Assembly (NCBI GenBank): GCA_020057115.1
Contig: JAGVGJ010000027.1
Span: forward strand, 5,058 to 69,057
DNA: 64,000 bases
Direction: 5' to 3'
DNA from: Candidatus Omnitrophota bacterium
GTDB lineage: Bacteria; Omnitrophota; Gorgyraeia; 2-01-FULL-45-10
The notes under the pieces are model-generated. The model saw only the letters and a list, made by a program, of their open reading frames with translations, was not told where the DNA came from and made no database searches. The position numbers were made by a program, and so were the translations under genes. How positions within the stretch are numbered: the first letter of the stretch is position 1; each line of letters opens with the position of its first letter. This document shows, in pieces, positions 29,385 through 39,059 of the stretch.

Positions 29385-31057
29385 AGATGACCGGAGCGAA
29401 GATACTGATAGAATCACTTAAGAAGGAAGGCGTTGAAGTCATATTCGGCTACCCGGGCGGAGTCGTGTTGCCGCTCTTCGATGAGTTGTATGACGTGCCG
29501 ATACGTTTCATACTGGTGCGCCATGAACAGGGGGCTGCTCATGCGGCCGACGGTTACGCGAGAGCGACCGGAAAGGTCGGAGTCTGCCTTGCGACCTCAG
29601 GGCCGGGCGCCACAAATCTCGTTACCGGTATCGCTACTGCTTACATGGATTCAGTCCCTATGGTTGCTATTACGGGCCAGGTAAAGACATTCCTTATCGG
29701 TAATGATGCTTTCCAGGAAGCCGACATAACGGGTATCACAAGGCCGATCACAAAACACAATTATCTCGTCGAGGATATAAAGGACCTGGCGCGCATAGTC
29801 AAAGAGGCATTCCATATAGCCAGGACCGGCAGGCCGGGGCCTGTCCTTATAGACCTGCCTGTCGACATACAGCAGCAGGAGCTGGAGTTCCATTATCCCG
29901 AGAAGGTGGACATGCGCGGCTATAATCCTAACTACGAAGGACATCCGGGACAGATAAAGCGCGCCGCTAAGGCCATCTCTGATTCAAAGAGGCCTGTCAT
30001 ATATGCGGGCGGCGGCGTCATAATATCTGAAGCATCCGGTGAGCTGATCGAGCTTGCCAAGAATAACAATATCCCGGTGACACTGACGCTTCTCGGAATG
30101 GGCGCATTTCCCCAGACAGACAAGCTGGCGCTCGGGATGCTTGGCATGCACGGAACGGCTTATGCCAACCACGCTATCATGGAGTCTGATCTTATCATTG
30201 CGGTCGGCGCAAGGTTCGATGACCGCGTGACCGGCAAGGTCGACGCATTTGCGCCCCATGCCAAGGTCATACATATCGACATAGATCCGACGAGCGTCTC
30301 CAAGTCGGTCGATGTCGATATACCGATAGTCGGCGATGCAAAGCGCATATTAAAAGAGCTGAATGCCAATGTGAAGAAGCCCGATACTGCAGCATGGCTC
30401 GAGCAGATAGAAGGGTGGAAGAAGAAGTTTCCGCTTAAGTATAAGGATGACGATAAGCTGCGCCCCCAATATGTCATCGAACAGATATGGGAGGCTACCA
30501 AGGGCGAGGCGATCATCTGCACGGAGGTTGGACAGAACCAGATGTGGGCTGCCCAGTTCTATAAATATATAAAGCCGCGTTCGATAATATCGTCAGGCGG
30601 GCTGGGCACTATGGGCTATGGATTCCCGGCGGCGATCGGAGCCAAGGTTGGCAAGCCCGATGCGATCGTCTTCGATGTTGCCGGAGACGGTTCTATACAG
30701 ATGAATATCCAAGAGCTTGCTACAGCCGTTTCTAATAAGATACCGGTCAAGATAGCGATACTGAACAACTGCTATCTCGGCATGGTCAGGCAATGGCAGG
30801 AACTATTCTACAAGAAACGCTACTCATATACCTGCCTGAAGGGCTCAAGTCCTGATTTCGTGAAACTGGCCGAGAGCTATGGGGCGGTCGGCATGAGGAT
30901 AACGAAGAAGGCAGATGTCCGCGCCGCATTAGATAAGGCCATAAAGACGGATAATGTTGTCGTGATGGATTTTGTTATAGAAAGAGAAGAGAATGTCTTC
31001 CCGATGGTCCCTGCGGGGCAGGCGATCAACCAGATGATCGAGGGAGGGCTGGCATAA
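29381..31057 (+). CDS. ilvB: Acetolactate synthase large subunit
   Basis: [32 protein letters not shown]; ATG 29381 overlaps the ilvD stop. Confidence 0.96.
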   Translation: MKMTGAKILIESLKKEGVEVIFGYPGGVVLPLFDELYDVPIRFILVRHEQGAAHAADGYARATGKVGVCLATSGPGATNLVTGIATAYMDSVPMVAITGQVKTFLIGNDAFQEADITGITRPITKHNYLVEDIKDLARIVKEAFHIARTGRPGPVLIDLPVDIQQQELEFHYPEKVDMRGYNPNYEGHPGQIKRAAKAISDSKRPVIYAGGGVIISEASGELIELAKNNNIPVTLTLLGMGAFPQTDKLALGMLGMHGTAYANHAIMESDLIIAVGARFDDRVTGKVDAFAPHAKVIHIDIDPTSVSKSVDVDIPIVGDAKRILKELNANVKKPDTAAWLEQIEGWKKKFPLKYKDDDKLRPQYVIEQIWEATKGEAIICTEVGQNQMWAAQFYKYIKPRSIISSGGLGTMGYGFPAAIGAKVGKPDAIVFDVAGDGSIQMNIQELATAVSNKIPVKIAILNNCYLGMVRQWQELFYKKRYSYTCLKGSSPDFVKLAESYGAVGMRITKKADVRAALDKAIKTDNVVVMDFVIEREENVFPMVPAGQAINQMIEGGLA

Positions 31058-31572
31058 TGAAACATACGATCTCGGTTCTAGTGGAAAACAAATTCGGCGT
31101 CCTGGCGAGGATCTCGGGGCTTTTTAGCGCCCGTGGATATAATATCGATTCGCTCGCTGTCGGGATGACCGAGGATCCTACGGTGTCGAGGATGACCATC
31201 GTTTCAGAAGGGGACGACAAGACGCTCGAACAGATAAAGAAACAGCTGAATAAGCTTATCGACGTCATAAAGGTCGTCGATTTCAAGGAAGGCGAATTTG
31301 TTGACAGGGAGCTGATCCTCCTGAAGGTCGCGGTTTCGTCCAAAACCAGAAAAGAGGTCCTCGAGGCCATAGATTCATGCGGGGCGAAGATAGTGAACGC
31401 AGGATCGAAGACCATATCAGTCGAGGCCGCAGGCGACCAGAATGCGATAAAGTCCCTGATAGAGTTGTTGCGGCCGTTCGGCTTGATGGAGGTCGTCAGG
31501 ACCGGGCGGATAGCGTTGGAAATAGGCGATAAAGCTTTGAGCGGGCAGGGAAAGCCCGAGGCGAACGAGTAG
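31057..31572 (+). CDS. ilvN: Acetolactate synthase small subunit
   Basis: VENKFGVLARISGLFSARGYNIDSL ACT domain; VRTG. Confidence 0.96.
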   Translation: MKHTISVLVENKFGVLARISGLFSARGYNIDSLAVGMTEDPTVSRMTIVSEGDDKTLEQIKKQLNKLIDVIKVVDFKEGEFVDRELILLKVAVSSKTRKEVLEAIDSCGAKIVNAGSKTISVEAAGDQNAIKSLIELLRPFGLMEVVRTGRIALEIGDKALSGQGKPEANE

Positions 31573-31597
31573 CTAACAAAGAAAGGGGTAGTAAGAG

Positions 31598-32593
31598 ATG
31601 GCGAAGATCTACTATGACAAGGACGCGGATCTAAATGTGTTGAAGGGTAAGAAGGTCGCAGTCATCGGCTACGGCATACAGGGCCGCAGCCAGAGCTTGA
31701 ACCTGAGGGATTCGGGGATAGATGTGATCGTAAGCGAACTTCCCGGAACGAAGAATTATGAGCAGGCGAAGGCCGATGGTTTCAATCCGGTCTCTGCCGA
31801 AGAGGCCGCGAAAGAGGCCGACATAGTCCAGGTATTGACCGAAGACCATGTGCAGGCAAAGGTTTACAAAGAGAGTATCGCGAAGCACATGACCAAGGGC
31901 AAAGCTCTCGTCTTCTCCCACGGCTTCAATATTCGTTTCAAACAGATAAAGCCCACCAAAAAGATAGACGTATTCATGATAGCCCCGAAAGGGCCCGGCG
32001 CGCTTGTCCGCAGGATGTATGAAGAGGGTAAAGGCGTTCCATGCCTGGTGGCGATATACCAGGACGCTACCGGTAATGCCTTGAAGATCGCGCTTGCTTA
32101 TGCCAAAGCGATAGGCGGGGCGAGGGCAGGAGTTATAGAGACGACATTTGACGAGGAGACAGAAACAGATCTCTTCGGCGAGCAGGCAGTCCTCTGCGGC
32201 GGCGTTTCCGAGCTTATCAAAGCAGGTTTTGACACGCTCGTAAATGCAGGATACCAGCCCGAGATAGCTTATTTTGAAGTGCTCCACGAGCTTAAGCTCA
32301 TCACTGACCTTATACAGGAAAAAGGTATAAGCGGGATGAGGCGGAGCGTATCCAACACAGCGTGCTACGGCGATGTGACCAGAGGCAAGAAGATCATCAC
32401 CGAGCGCACTCGCAAGGCTATGGACAAGATGCTGAAAGAGATCAGGTCCGGTAAATTCGCCAGGGAGTGGATAAAGGAGAATACGGAAGGCCAGAAGAAC
32501 TTCAGGGCTATATTGGCCAAAGAAGACGGCGACAAGATAGAGAAGGTAGGTCAGGACCTGAGAAAGATGATGCCGTGGATGGAAAAGAAATAG
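31598..32593 (+). CDS. ilvC: Ketol-acid reductoisomerase
   Basis: [34 protein letters not shown]. Confidence 0.97.
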   Translation: MAKIYYDKDADLNVLKGKKVAVIGYGIQGRSQSLNLRDSGIDVIVSELPGTKNYEQAKADGFNPVSAEEAAKEADIVQVLTEDHVQAKVYKESIAKHMTKGKALVFSHGFNIRFKQIKPTKKIDVFMIAPKGPGALVRRMYEEGKGVPCLVAIYQDATGNALKIALAYAKAIGGARAGVIETTFDEETETDLFGEQAVLCGGVSELIKAGFDTLVNAGYQPEIAYFEVLHELKLITDLIQEKGISGMRRSVSNTACYGDVTRGKKIITERTRKAMDKMLKEIRSGKFAREWIKENTEGQKNFRAILAKEDGDKIEKVGQDLRKMMPWMEKK

Positions 32594-32669
32594 GGTCTAG
32601 GGGCCAGGGTCAAGGGTCCAGGAAAGAAATAAAATCTTTCTGGACCCTGGACCCCGGACCCTTGCCCCT
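32593..32669. repeat. Heptamer-repeat inverted hairpin (GGGTCCA)4-loop-(TGGACCC)4
   Basis: GGGTCTA GGGGCCA GGGTCAA GGGTCCA ... TGGACCC TGGACCC CGGACCC TTGCCCC between ilvC and leuA. Confidence 0.9.
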
Positions 32670-32684
32670 GACAGGCAGAGTGCT

Positions 32685-34196
32685 ATGGACAAGATAATTA
32701 TATTCGACACGACGCTGCGCGATGGAGAGCAGTGCCCCGGCGCGAGCATGAACAATAATGAAAAGCTCGAGATGGCCAGGCAGCTCGCATCTCTTGGCGT
32801 TGACGTGATCGAGGCGGGATTTCCCGTATCGAGCCCCGGGGATTTTGAGGGCGTCAAGAGCGTCGCAAAGAACGTGAAGGGCCCTGCCATATGCGGCCTG
32901 GCAAGATCCATCGCCAAGGATATAGACGCCGCCTATAATGCCGTCAAATATTCAAAGAGGCCCAGGATACACGTATTTTTGGCCACGTCCAAGATCCACA
33001 TGAAGTATAAGCTCAAAAAAGCCGAGGACGAGATACTGAAGCTTGCCGTATCTGCCGTTAAATATGCCAGGAAGAAGTGCGATGATGTCGAATTCTCCCC
33101 GGAAGATGCCTCCAGGACCGAGAGGGGATTCCTCCACAAGGTCGTCGAGAGCGTTATTGCGGCCGGGGCAAGGACAGTGAATATCCCCGATACCGTAGGA
33201 TATTCCACGCCTTATGAGTTCGGCGCTATCATCAAGGGCATAAAAGAAAATGTGCCGGATATAAATAAGTGCGTGATAAGCGTCCATTGCCACAATGACC
33301 TCGGGCTGGGGGTCGCGAACTCTCTTGCGGCAGTGCTGAACGGCGCCCGCCAGGTGGAATGCACCATGAACGGCCTTGGCGAAAGGGCCGGCAATGCTTC
33401 CCTGGAAGAGATCGTTATGGCCATCAAGACCAGGAACGACGTCTTTAAAGGCCTGTATACGAACGTGAATACGCGCGAGATCTATAAGACGAGCCGCCTG
33501 GTCTCTAAGCTGACGGGCATGGTCGTCCAGCCGAACAAGGCGATAGTCGGCGCCAATGCGTTCGCGCATGAATCGGGCATACACCAGGACGGCATATTAA
33601 AAGAGCGCATCACTTACGAGATAATGAAGCCGCAGGACGTCGGCGTGGGAGGCACGCAGCTTGTCCTGGGCAAGCATTCCGGAAGGCACGCCTTTCAGGA
33701 GAGGCTCAAGTCTCTTGGATACACGCTCGACGGCGACCAGCTCGAGACTGCGTTCGACCGTTTTAAGGAACTGGCGGATAAGAAGAAATCCATCTACGAC
33801 GGCGACCTCGAAGCCATCGTGGATGAGGAGATATCGAGGATCCCCGAAGAATTCAGGCTTCTGCACTTCAGGATAACGTCAGGGGATGATATAAAACCAG
33901 CGGCGAATATCAAACTTGGATGCCACAATAAGGTTTTAGAGGCTACATCCAGCGGTGACGGCCCTGTCGATGCCTGTTATAAGGCCATCGACAAGATCAC
34001 CGGGATGGGCGGAAAGCTCCTGGATTACCAGATAAGATCGGTCACCAGCGGCAAGGACGCCATCGGCGAGGTATCTGTCAAGATAGGGACCAAGGGAAGG
34101 GTCGTATCAGGCAGAGGATCCTCGACAGACATCATAGAGGCGAGCATAAAGGCGTATATAAACGCCGTCAACAAGCTCGCATACAAGACAAGGTAA
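32685..34196 (+). CDS. leuA: 2-isopropylmalate synthase
   Basis: [45 protein letters not shown]. Confidence 0.96.
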   Translation: MDKIIIFDTTLRDGEQCPGASMNNNEKLEMARQLASLGVDVIEAGFPVSSPGDFEGVKSVAKNVKGPAICGLARSIAKDIDAAYNAVKYSKRPRIHVFLATSKIHMKYKLKKAEDEILKLAVSAVKYARKKCDDVEFSPEDASRTERGFLHKVVESVIAAGARTVNIPDTVGYSTPYEFGAIIKGIKENVPDINKCVISVHCHNDLGLGVANSLAAVLNGARQVECTMNGLGERAGNASLEEIVMAIKTRNDVFKGLYTNVNTREIYKTSRLVSKLTGMVVQPNKAIVGANAFAHESGIHQDGILKERITYEIMKPQDVGVGGTQLVLGKHSGRHAFQERLKSLGYTLDGDQLETAFDRFKELADKKKSIYDGDLEAIVDEEISRIPEEFRLLHFRITSGDDIKPAANIKLGCHNKVLEATSSGDGPVDACYKAIDKITGMGGKLLDYQIRSVTSGKDAIGEVSVKIGTKGRVVSGRGSSTDIIEASIKAYINAVNKLAYKTR

Positions 34197-34230
34197 GCCG
34201 ATAGCGTCAAGGTCTCTCTAAAACAATAAG

Positions 34231-34280
34231 AAAAGTCCGCTGACATCCACTCGGGTGGTTTTGTAGGCGGACTTTTTATT
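34231..34280 (+). terminator. Intrinsic terminator after leuA
   Basis: AAAAGTCCGC ... GCGGACTTTTTATT with internal CCAC-TCGG-GTGG hairpin. Confidence 0.7.
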
Positions 34281-34290
34281 AGGAAAGAAT

Positions 34291-35133
34291 ATGGCAAAGA
34301 CGATATACGGCATAATAGGTTACCCGGTGAAGCACTCGCTCTCGCCCGCGATGCAGAACGCCGCATTTAAGGCGCTCGGGATCGACGCTGAGTATAAGCT
34401 ATTCGAGGTCGCGCCGGCCGATGTCGGCAGTTTCCTCGATAGCGCCTCCGGGAAAGGCATTTCGGGATTTAATGTGACCGTTCCGCACAAGATAGCGGCA
34501 AAGGAGTATATCGAAAAGCGCGGTTTTCTCGATGAGACCGCCAGGAAGCTCGGCGCCGTAAATACCGTAAATACGGCCGGCGGCTCGTTGAAAGGCTATA
34601 ACACGGACGGTCCGGGATTTTACCGCTCGCTTCAGGAGGACCTTAAATTCGAGCCGGAAGGGAAGAATGTATTCGTACTGGGCTCGGGCGGGGCGGCAAG
34701 GGCGGTCGTCATGTATCTTGGGAATGGGCCTAAGAAGATCTATGTCTTTGACGTGGACGCGAAGAAGGCGGAAGATCTCAAAACGCATTACTGGAAATAT
34801 TACGATGCAGACCGCCTGATGACCGTCTCCAGGTCGGATATGGGGCTTGTGCTATCCCAAAGCCATCTTCTTGTGAATGCCACTCCGGTGGGGATGAAAG
34901 AGGGCGAGGCGATGCCAATCGATAAAGAGTCTCTGCATCTCGGACTTAGAGTCTATGACCTGGTCTACAACAGGCAGACGGAGCTTATAAAGGAAGCATC
35001 CAAAATGAAGCTGCACGCTGTTACCGGCCTTGGGATGCTATTATACCAGGGCGCGATCGCATTCGAGATATGGACGGGACGCAGCGCACCTGTTGATGTC
35101 ATGAGAAAAGCGTTGAAGAGCGCGATAAAGTAA
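34291..35133 (+). CDS. aroE: Shikimate dehydrogenase
   Basis: GYPVKHSLSP, NVTVPHK, GAVNT, NTDG, GSGGAA, GMLLYQG. Confidence 0.95.
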   Translation: MAKTIYGIIGYPVKHSLSPAMQNAAFKALGIDAEYKLFEVAPADVGSFLDSASGKGISGFNVTVPHKIAAKEYIEKRGFLDETARKLGAVNTVNTAGGSLKGYNTDGPGFYRSLQEDLKFEPEGKNVFVLGSGGAARAVVMYLGNGPKKIYVFDVDAKKAEDLKTHYWKYYDADRLMTVSRSDMGLVLSQSHLLVNATPVGMKEGEAMPIDKESLHLGLRVYDLVYNRQTELIKEASKMKLHAVTGLGMLLYQGAIAFEIWTGRSAPVDVMRKALKSAIK

Positions 35134-35134
35134 A

Positions 35135-35205
35135 GGGTCCAGGTCCCAGGCTCCAGGAACCAGAATATTATTTTGCTGGTACCTGGAACCTGGTACCTGG
35201 TACCT
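35135..35205. repeat. Heptamer-repeat inverted hairpin (GGNNCCA)4-loop-(TGGNNCC)4
   Basis: GGGTCCA GGTCCCA GGCTCCA GGAACCA ... TGGTACC TGGAACC TGGTACC TGGTACC. Confidence 0.88.
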
Positions 35206-35220
35206 AAGGATAGACTGAAT

Positions 35221-35994
35221 ATGGCAATTTTCATTTTCGTGATGGGAGCGATCGTGGGGAGCTTTCTGAATGTCTGTATCTATAGGTTGCAGAGATCCGA
35301 GTCGATAGTTACGCCGGCCTCGAATTGCCCGAATTGCAAAAAGCCGATACCATGGCATGACAATATACCGGTCATAAGCTATCTGTTCCTGACCGGCAAG
35401 TGCAGGTTCTGCGGGAAGATGATATCGCCGCGCTATCTATTGGTAGAGCTCTTGACCGGCGCGCTTTTCCTGACGCTATTCACCGCATTCGGTTTGTCGC
35501 CGAAGTTCTTCGCGTATCTGATGCTCGTATCAGGGCTCATCATAGTGACATTTATAGATTTTGACACGCAGACCATACCTGACCATATAACGTTTACAGG
35601 GATCGCTGCGGGAACAGCGGCTGCGTTGGCGGCGCCTTCCGTAATGGGAGAGGCGTCGAGGGTCTTGGCTTTCTTCAATTCGGCGCTCGGCGCGGTCGTC
35701 GGGGGCGTGATGATATACGCGGTCGCATTGCTGGGTAAGATGGCTTTCAAGAAAGACGCTATGGGGGACGGCGACATATTCTTGCTCGCCATGATAGGCG
35801 CATTCCTCGGGTGGAAGCTGGTGATATTGACTTTCTTCATAGCGCCTATGTTCGGAGCCGTAGTAGGCATAATATTGAAACTGAAGCGCGGAGACGAGAC
35901 GATGCCGTATGGGCCGTACCTGTCTCTCGGCGCGCTTGTGTCGATATTTTTCGGGAACAGGATATTGGAATATTTGTTTTATGGATTAAAATGA
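35221..35994 (+). CDS. pilD: Type IV prepilin peptidase
   Basis: GSFLNVCIYRL, CPNC..CRFC Zn motif, FIDFD, MGDGD, PYGPYL. Confidence 0.93.
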   Translation: MAIFIFVMGAIVGSFLNVCIYRLQRSESIVTPASNCPNCKKPIPWHDNIPVISYLFLTGKCRFCGKMISPRYLLVELLTGALFLTLFTAFGLSPKFFAYLMLVSGLIIVTFIDFDTQTIPDHITFTGIAAGTAAALAAPSVMGEASRVLAFFNSALGAVVGGVMIYAVALLGKMAFKKDAMGDGDIFLLAMIGAFLGWKLVILTFFIAPMFGAVVGIILKLKRGDETMPYGPYLSLGALVSIFFGNRILEYLFYGLK

Positions 35995-36000
35995 TTAATA

Positions 36001-36064
36001 GGGTCAAGGGGCAGGGGTCCAGGATAAAAACTTACTGGACCCCGGACCCAGGACCCTGGCCCCT
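36001..36064. repeat. Heptamer-repeat inverted hairpin
   Basis: GGGTCAA GGGGCAG GGGTCCA - GGATAAAAACTTAC - TGGACCC CGGACCC AGGACCC TGGCCCC. Confidence 0.9.
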
Positions 36065-36079
36065 TGACAAGGAGGTTTT

Positions 36080-37204
36080 ATGCTTCGATATTTAACAGGC
36101 GGTGAATCTCACGGCAAGTGCATACTGGCCGTAATGGACGGCGTGCCGGCCGGTCTTCACATATACAAATCTTCGATAGATAAGGAGCTTGCAAGGCGGA
36201 TGGTGGGATATGGCCGGGGCAAGCGCATGCAGATCGAGGCCGATAAGGCTGAGGTGCTTTCCGGCGTCCGGAAGAACATCACTATAGGCAGCCCGATCGC
36301 CATGATCGTTGAGAACAAGGACCAGTCGATAGACTCGCTTCCCGTGGTCCTGGATCCACGCCCGGGCCATGCGGACCTGGCAGGGATATTGAAATATGAT
36401 CTTAAGGATGCCAGGAGCGTTCTTGAGCGCGCCAGCGCGAGAGAGACCGTGGGGCGCGTCTGCATAGGGGCAATAGCCAAGATGCTCCTTGCAGAGTTCG
36501 GGATAAGGGTCATGAGCCATGTGATAATGGTCGGAGGCATTGAGGCCAGGACAAAAGGCCTGGGATTCAACCAGATAATAACTCTTGCCGAGAAATCGGA
36601 CCTGAGGTGCGCTGACTACAAAGCGGCGGCCCGCATGAGGGAAGAGATAGACGCTGCCGCTAAAACCGGCGATACTCTGGGCGGTATATTTGAGGTCATA
36701 ATAAAAGGCGCTCCTCCCGGCCTCGGAAGCTATGTCCAGTGGGACAAGAGGCTGGACGCCAACCTGTCCCGGGCCATCATGTCGATACAGGCGGTGAAGG
36801 GTGTCAGCTTCGGAATAGGCTTCAAGCTAGCGGAGCGAAAAGGTTCGATAGTCCACGACGAGATATTATACGACGGGAAGATAGGTTTTTACAGGAAGAC
36901 CAATAATGCCGGAGGCATCGAGGGCGGCATGACCAACGGCGAAGATGTCGTCATGCAGGCCGTGATGAAGCCGATAGCTACATTGAAAAAGCCGCTTGCG
37001 AGCGCAAACATCAAGACCAAGAGGCCTGTTAAAGCCGTCGTGGAGCGCTCGGACGTATGCGCTGTCCCGGCAGCCGGGGTCATAGGCGAGTCTATGGCGG
37101 CCGTTGAGATCGCAGGCGCCATGATCGAGAAATTCGGCGGGGATTCCGTCACCGAGATGGTGAGGAATTATGAGGGGTATTTGAAGCAGGTGAAAGAAAT
37201 ATAG
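36080..37204 (+). CDS. aroC: Chorismate synthase
   Basis: TGGESHG, PRPGHADL, SARET, GGIEGGMTNG, RSDVC. Confidence 0.97.
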   Translation: MLRYLTGGESHGKCILAVMDGVPAGLHIYKSSIDKELARRMVGYGRGKRMQIEADKAEVLSGVRKNITIGSPIAMIVENKDQSIDSLPVVLDPRPGHADLAGILKYDLKDARSVLERASARETVGRVCIGAIAKMLLAEFGIRVMSHVIMVGGIEARTKGLGFNQIITLAEKSDLRCADYKAAARMREEIDAAAKTGDTLGGIFEVIIKGAPPGLGSYVQWDKRLDANLSRAIMSIQAVKGVSFGIGFKLAERKGSIVHDEILYDGKIGFYRKTNNAGGIEGGMTNGEDVVMQAVMKPIATLKKPLASANIKTKRPVKAVVERSDVCAVPAAGVIGESMAAVEIAGAMIEKFGGDSVTEMVRNYEGYLKQVKEI

Positions 37205-37206
37205 TA

Positions 37207-37277
37207 GGGTCAAGGGGCAGGGGTCCAGGGTCCAGAATAAAAACTTACTGGACCCTGGACCCAGGACCCTGGCCCCT
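37207..37277. repeat. Heptamer-repeat inverted hairpin, near-copy of 36001-36064
   Basis: GGGTCAA GGGGCAG GGGTCCA GGGTCCA - GAATAAAAACTTAC - TGGACCC TGGACCC AGGACCC TGGCCCC. Confidence 0.9.
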
Positions 37278-37285
37278 TACGTTTA

Positions 37286-37807
37286 TTGAGGTTTGATTTG
37301 AAGAACATAGTTCTCGTAGGCTTTATGGGTACCGGCAAAACGACGATAGCGACTAAACTGGCGCTGCGGCTTGGGATGCGCTATGTCTCGACCGACAACC
37401 TTATTGAGGCAAAGGAGAAGCGCACAATAAACGAGATATTCACAAATAGCGGTGAAGATTATTTCAGGGACGTGGAATCATCGGTTGCGCGCGAAGTTTC
37501 CGCGATGGAGAATCTCGTTATAGATTGCGGCGGAGGGGTCGTTTTGCGCGAAGAGAACATGGCGAACCTGAAGTCAGGCGGCATCGTGGTATGCCTTACC
37601 GCAAAACCTGAAGTCATAATGGAGCGGACGAAGAAGTATAAACACAGGCCGTTATTGAACGTCGAGGATCCGAAGCGCAAGATACTGGACCTTTTGAACA
37701 AGCGCGCGCCTTTCTATGCGAAGGCAGATCATATAGTAGATACCGGAGATCTTACCGTCAGGCAAGTCGTAGACAAGATAGCCATGATCGCCGAAGGCCG
37801 TAAATAG
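37286..37807 (+). CDS. aroK: Shikimate kinase
   Basis: GFMGTGKTT, GEDYFRDVE, CGGG, RPLL. Confidence 0.95.
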   Translation: MRFDLKNIVLVGFMGTGKTTIATKLALRLGMRYVSTDNLIEAKEKRTINEIFTNSGEDYFRDVESSVAREVSAMENLVIDCGGGVVLREENMANLKSGGIVVCLTAKPEVIMERTKKYKHRPLLNVEDPKRKILDLLNKRAPFYAKADHIVDTGDLTVRQVVDKIAMIAEGRK

Positions 37808-37822
37808 AGGAGCAGGAATACG

Positions 37823-38158
37823 ATGACTCGCAAGACAAGATTATGGATAGGCGTTACTCTTTTAATAGTTCTCGGGTTCAACTATGCGCTCATCGGATTT
37901 CCTCTTTACAAGAAATCCGAATCGATCAGCGATGCCGCTAAGGCCATATATACAAAGCAGGTAAAGGCGAACAAGGTCTTCAAGGGTTCCAGGGATGAAT
38001 ACCTCCTCGAGGTATTCAGGCGAGAGAAGAAAGCTATCGAGAGCGGGCTTTTGGTGCTCAACTGCGTTTCCGTAAGCGCATTTGTGATCATCATAAGCTG
38101 GATCGGATTCGGGCTTATCGGCCGAAAGGATGATTTCCAGAGTTATGGCAATCCGTAA
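37823..38158 (+). CDS. Small membrane protein (2 TM), unknown function
   Basis: 111 aa, RBS GAGGAG, hydrophobic segments at both ends, operonic position. Confidence 0.7.
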   Translation: MTRKTRLWIGVTLLIVLGFNYALIGFPLYKKSESISDAAKAIYTKQVKANKVFKGSRDEYLLEVFRREKKAIESGLLVLNCVSVSAFVIIISWIGFGLIGRKDDFQSYGNP

Positions 38159-39059
38159 ATTGGCGTTCAGCGACGCGGGTTATCCCAAGAACCTGCGCAA
38201 TATTCACAAGCCGCCGAAGCAGCTTTTCGTGAACGGGACTCTGTTGGCGCAGGATGAGATGGCGGTGGCTATCGTAGGCTCCCGCCGGGCTACGCACTAC
38301 GGCCTGGAGGTAGCTGAGAGGCTTGGATGCGAGCTTGCCGCAAGAGGCGTCACGGTCGTAAGCGGTATGGCCCGCGGCATAGATTCAGCCGCCCACAGGG
38401 GCGCGCTCCGGGCTAAGGGGAGGACCATAGCCGTGATGGGCAGCGGCCACGGCAATATCTATCCTCCGGAGAACAAGAAGCTGTATGACGAAATCGTGAA
38501 GTCGGGGGCCGTTGTGACAGAGTTCGAGGATGACATGGAGCCAATGCCCTATAACTTTCCGCAGCGCAACAGGATAATAAGCGGGCTTTCGCTCGGGCTC
38601 GTAGTGGTGGAGGCGGCGAAGAATTCAGGCGCTCTCATAACGGCGGATCTTGCGCTCGAGCAGGGGCGCGAGATATTCGCGGTGCCGGGCAAGATATCAT
38701 CGGCTACGAGCTCCGGGACGCACGAGTTGATAAAGGACGGCGCCAAACTCATCCAGTCTGCCGACGACATAATAGAGGACCTTAAGACATTTGAGATAGC
38801 GCCGCTGGAGGGCGAGGCGAAAGAGGCCAAGACCGAGGCCATAGCGGCGAAAACCAAGGCGTATATTTATAACTCGCTCACCGACGATGAGAGAGCGATA
38901 TACAAGACGCTGTCGGACGAGCCTGTTCATATAGACGAGATATTCGAGAGGGCCCGGCTCAGCGCGAGCCGGGGTTTGAAGATACTCCTCGATCTGGAGC
39001 TTAAGCGCCTGGTAAAGGAGTTGCCGGGCAAGCAGTACGTGAGAAAGGACGATAGATGA
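38130..39059 (+). CDS. dprA: DNA-processing protein DprA (start may be 38145)
   Basis: AIVGSR, VSGMARGID, FPQRNRIISGLS, VEAAKNSGALITA, C-terminal wHTH. Confidence 0.95.
   Translation: MISRVMAIRKLAFSDAGYPKNLRNIHKPPKQLFVNGTLLAQDEMAVAIVGSRRATHYGLEVAERLGCELAARGVTVVSGMARGIDSAAHRGALRAKGRTIAVMGSGHGNIYPPENKKLYDEIVKSGAVVTEFEDDMEPMPYNFPQRNRIISGLSLGLVVVEAAKNSGALITADLALEQGREIFAVPGKISSATSSGTHELIKDGAKLIQSADDIIEDLKTFEIAPLEGEAKEAKTEAIAAKTKAYIYNSLTDDERAIYKTLSDEPVHIDEIFERARLSASRGLKILLDLELKRLVKELPGKQYVRKDDR

Noticed and set aside
35173-35220. N-terminal extension MLVPGTWYLVP on pilD, and similar WTLDPGP-containing short ORFs
   Set aside because: These are translations of the heptamer repeats; ATG 35221 with an AAGGA RBS is the better start.
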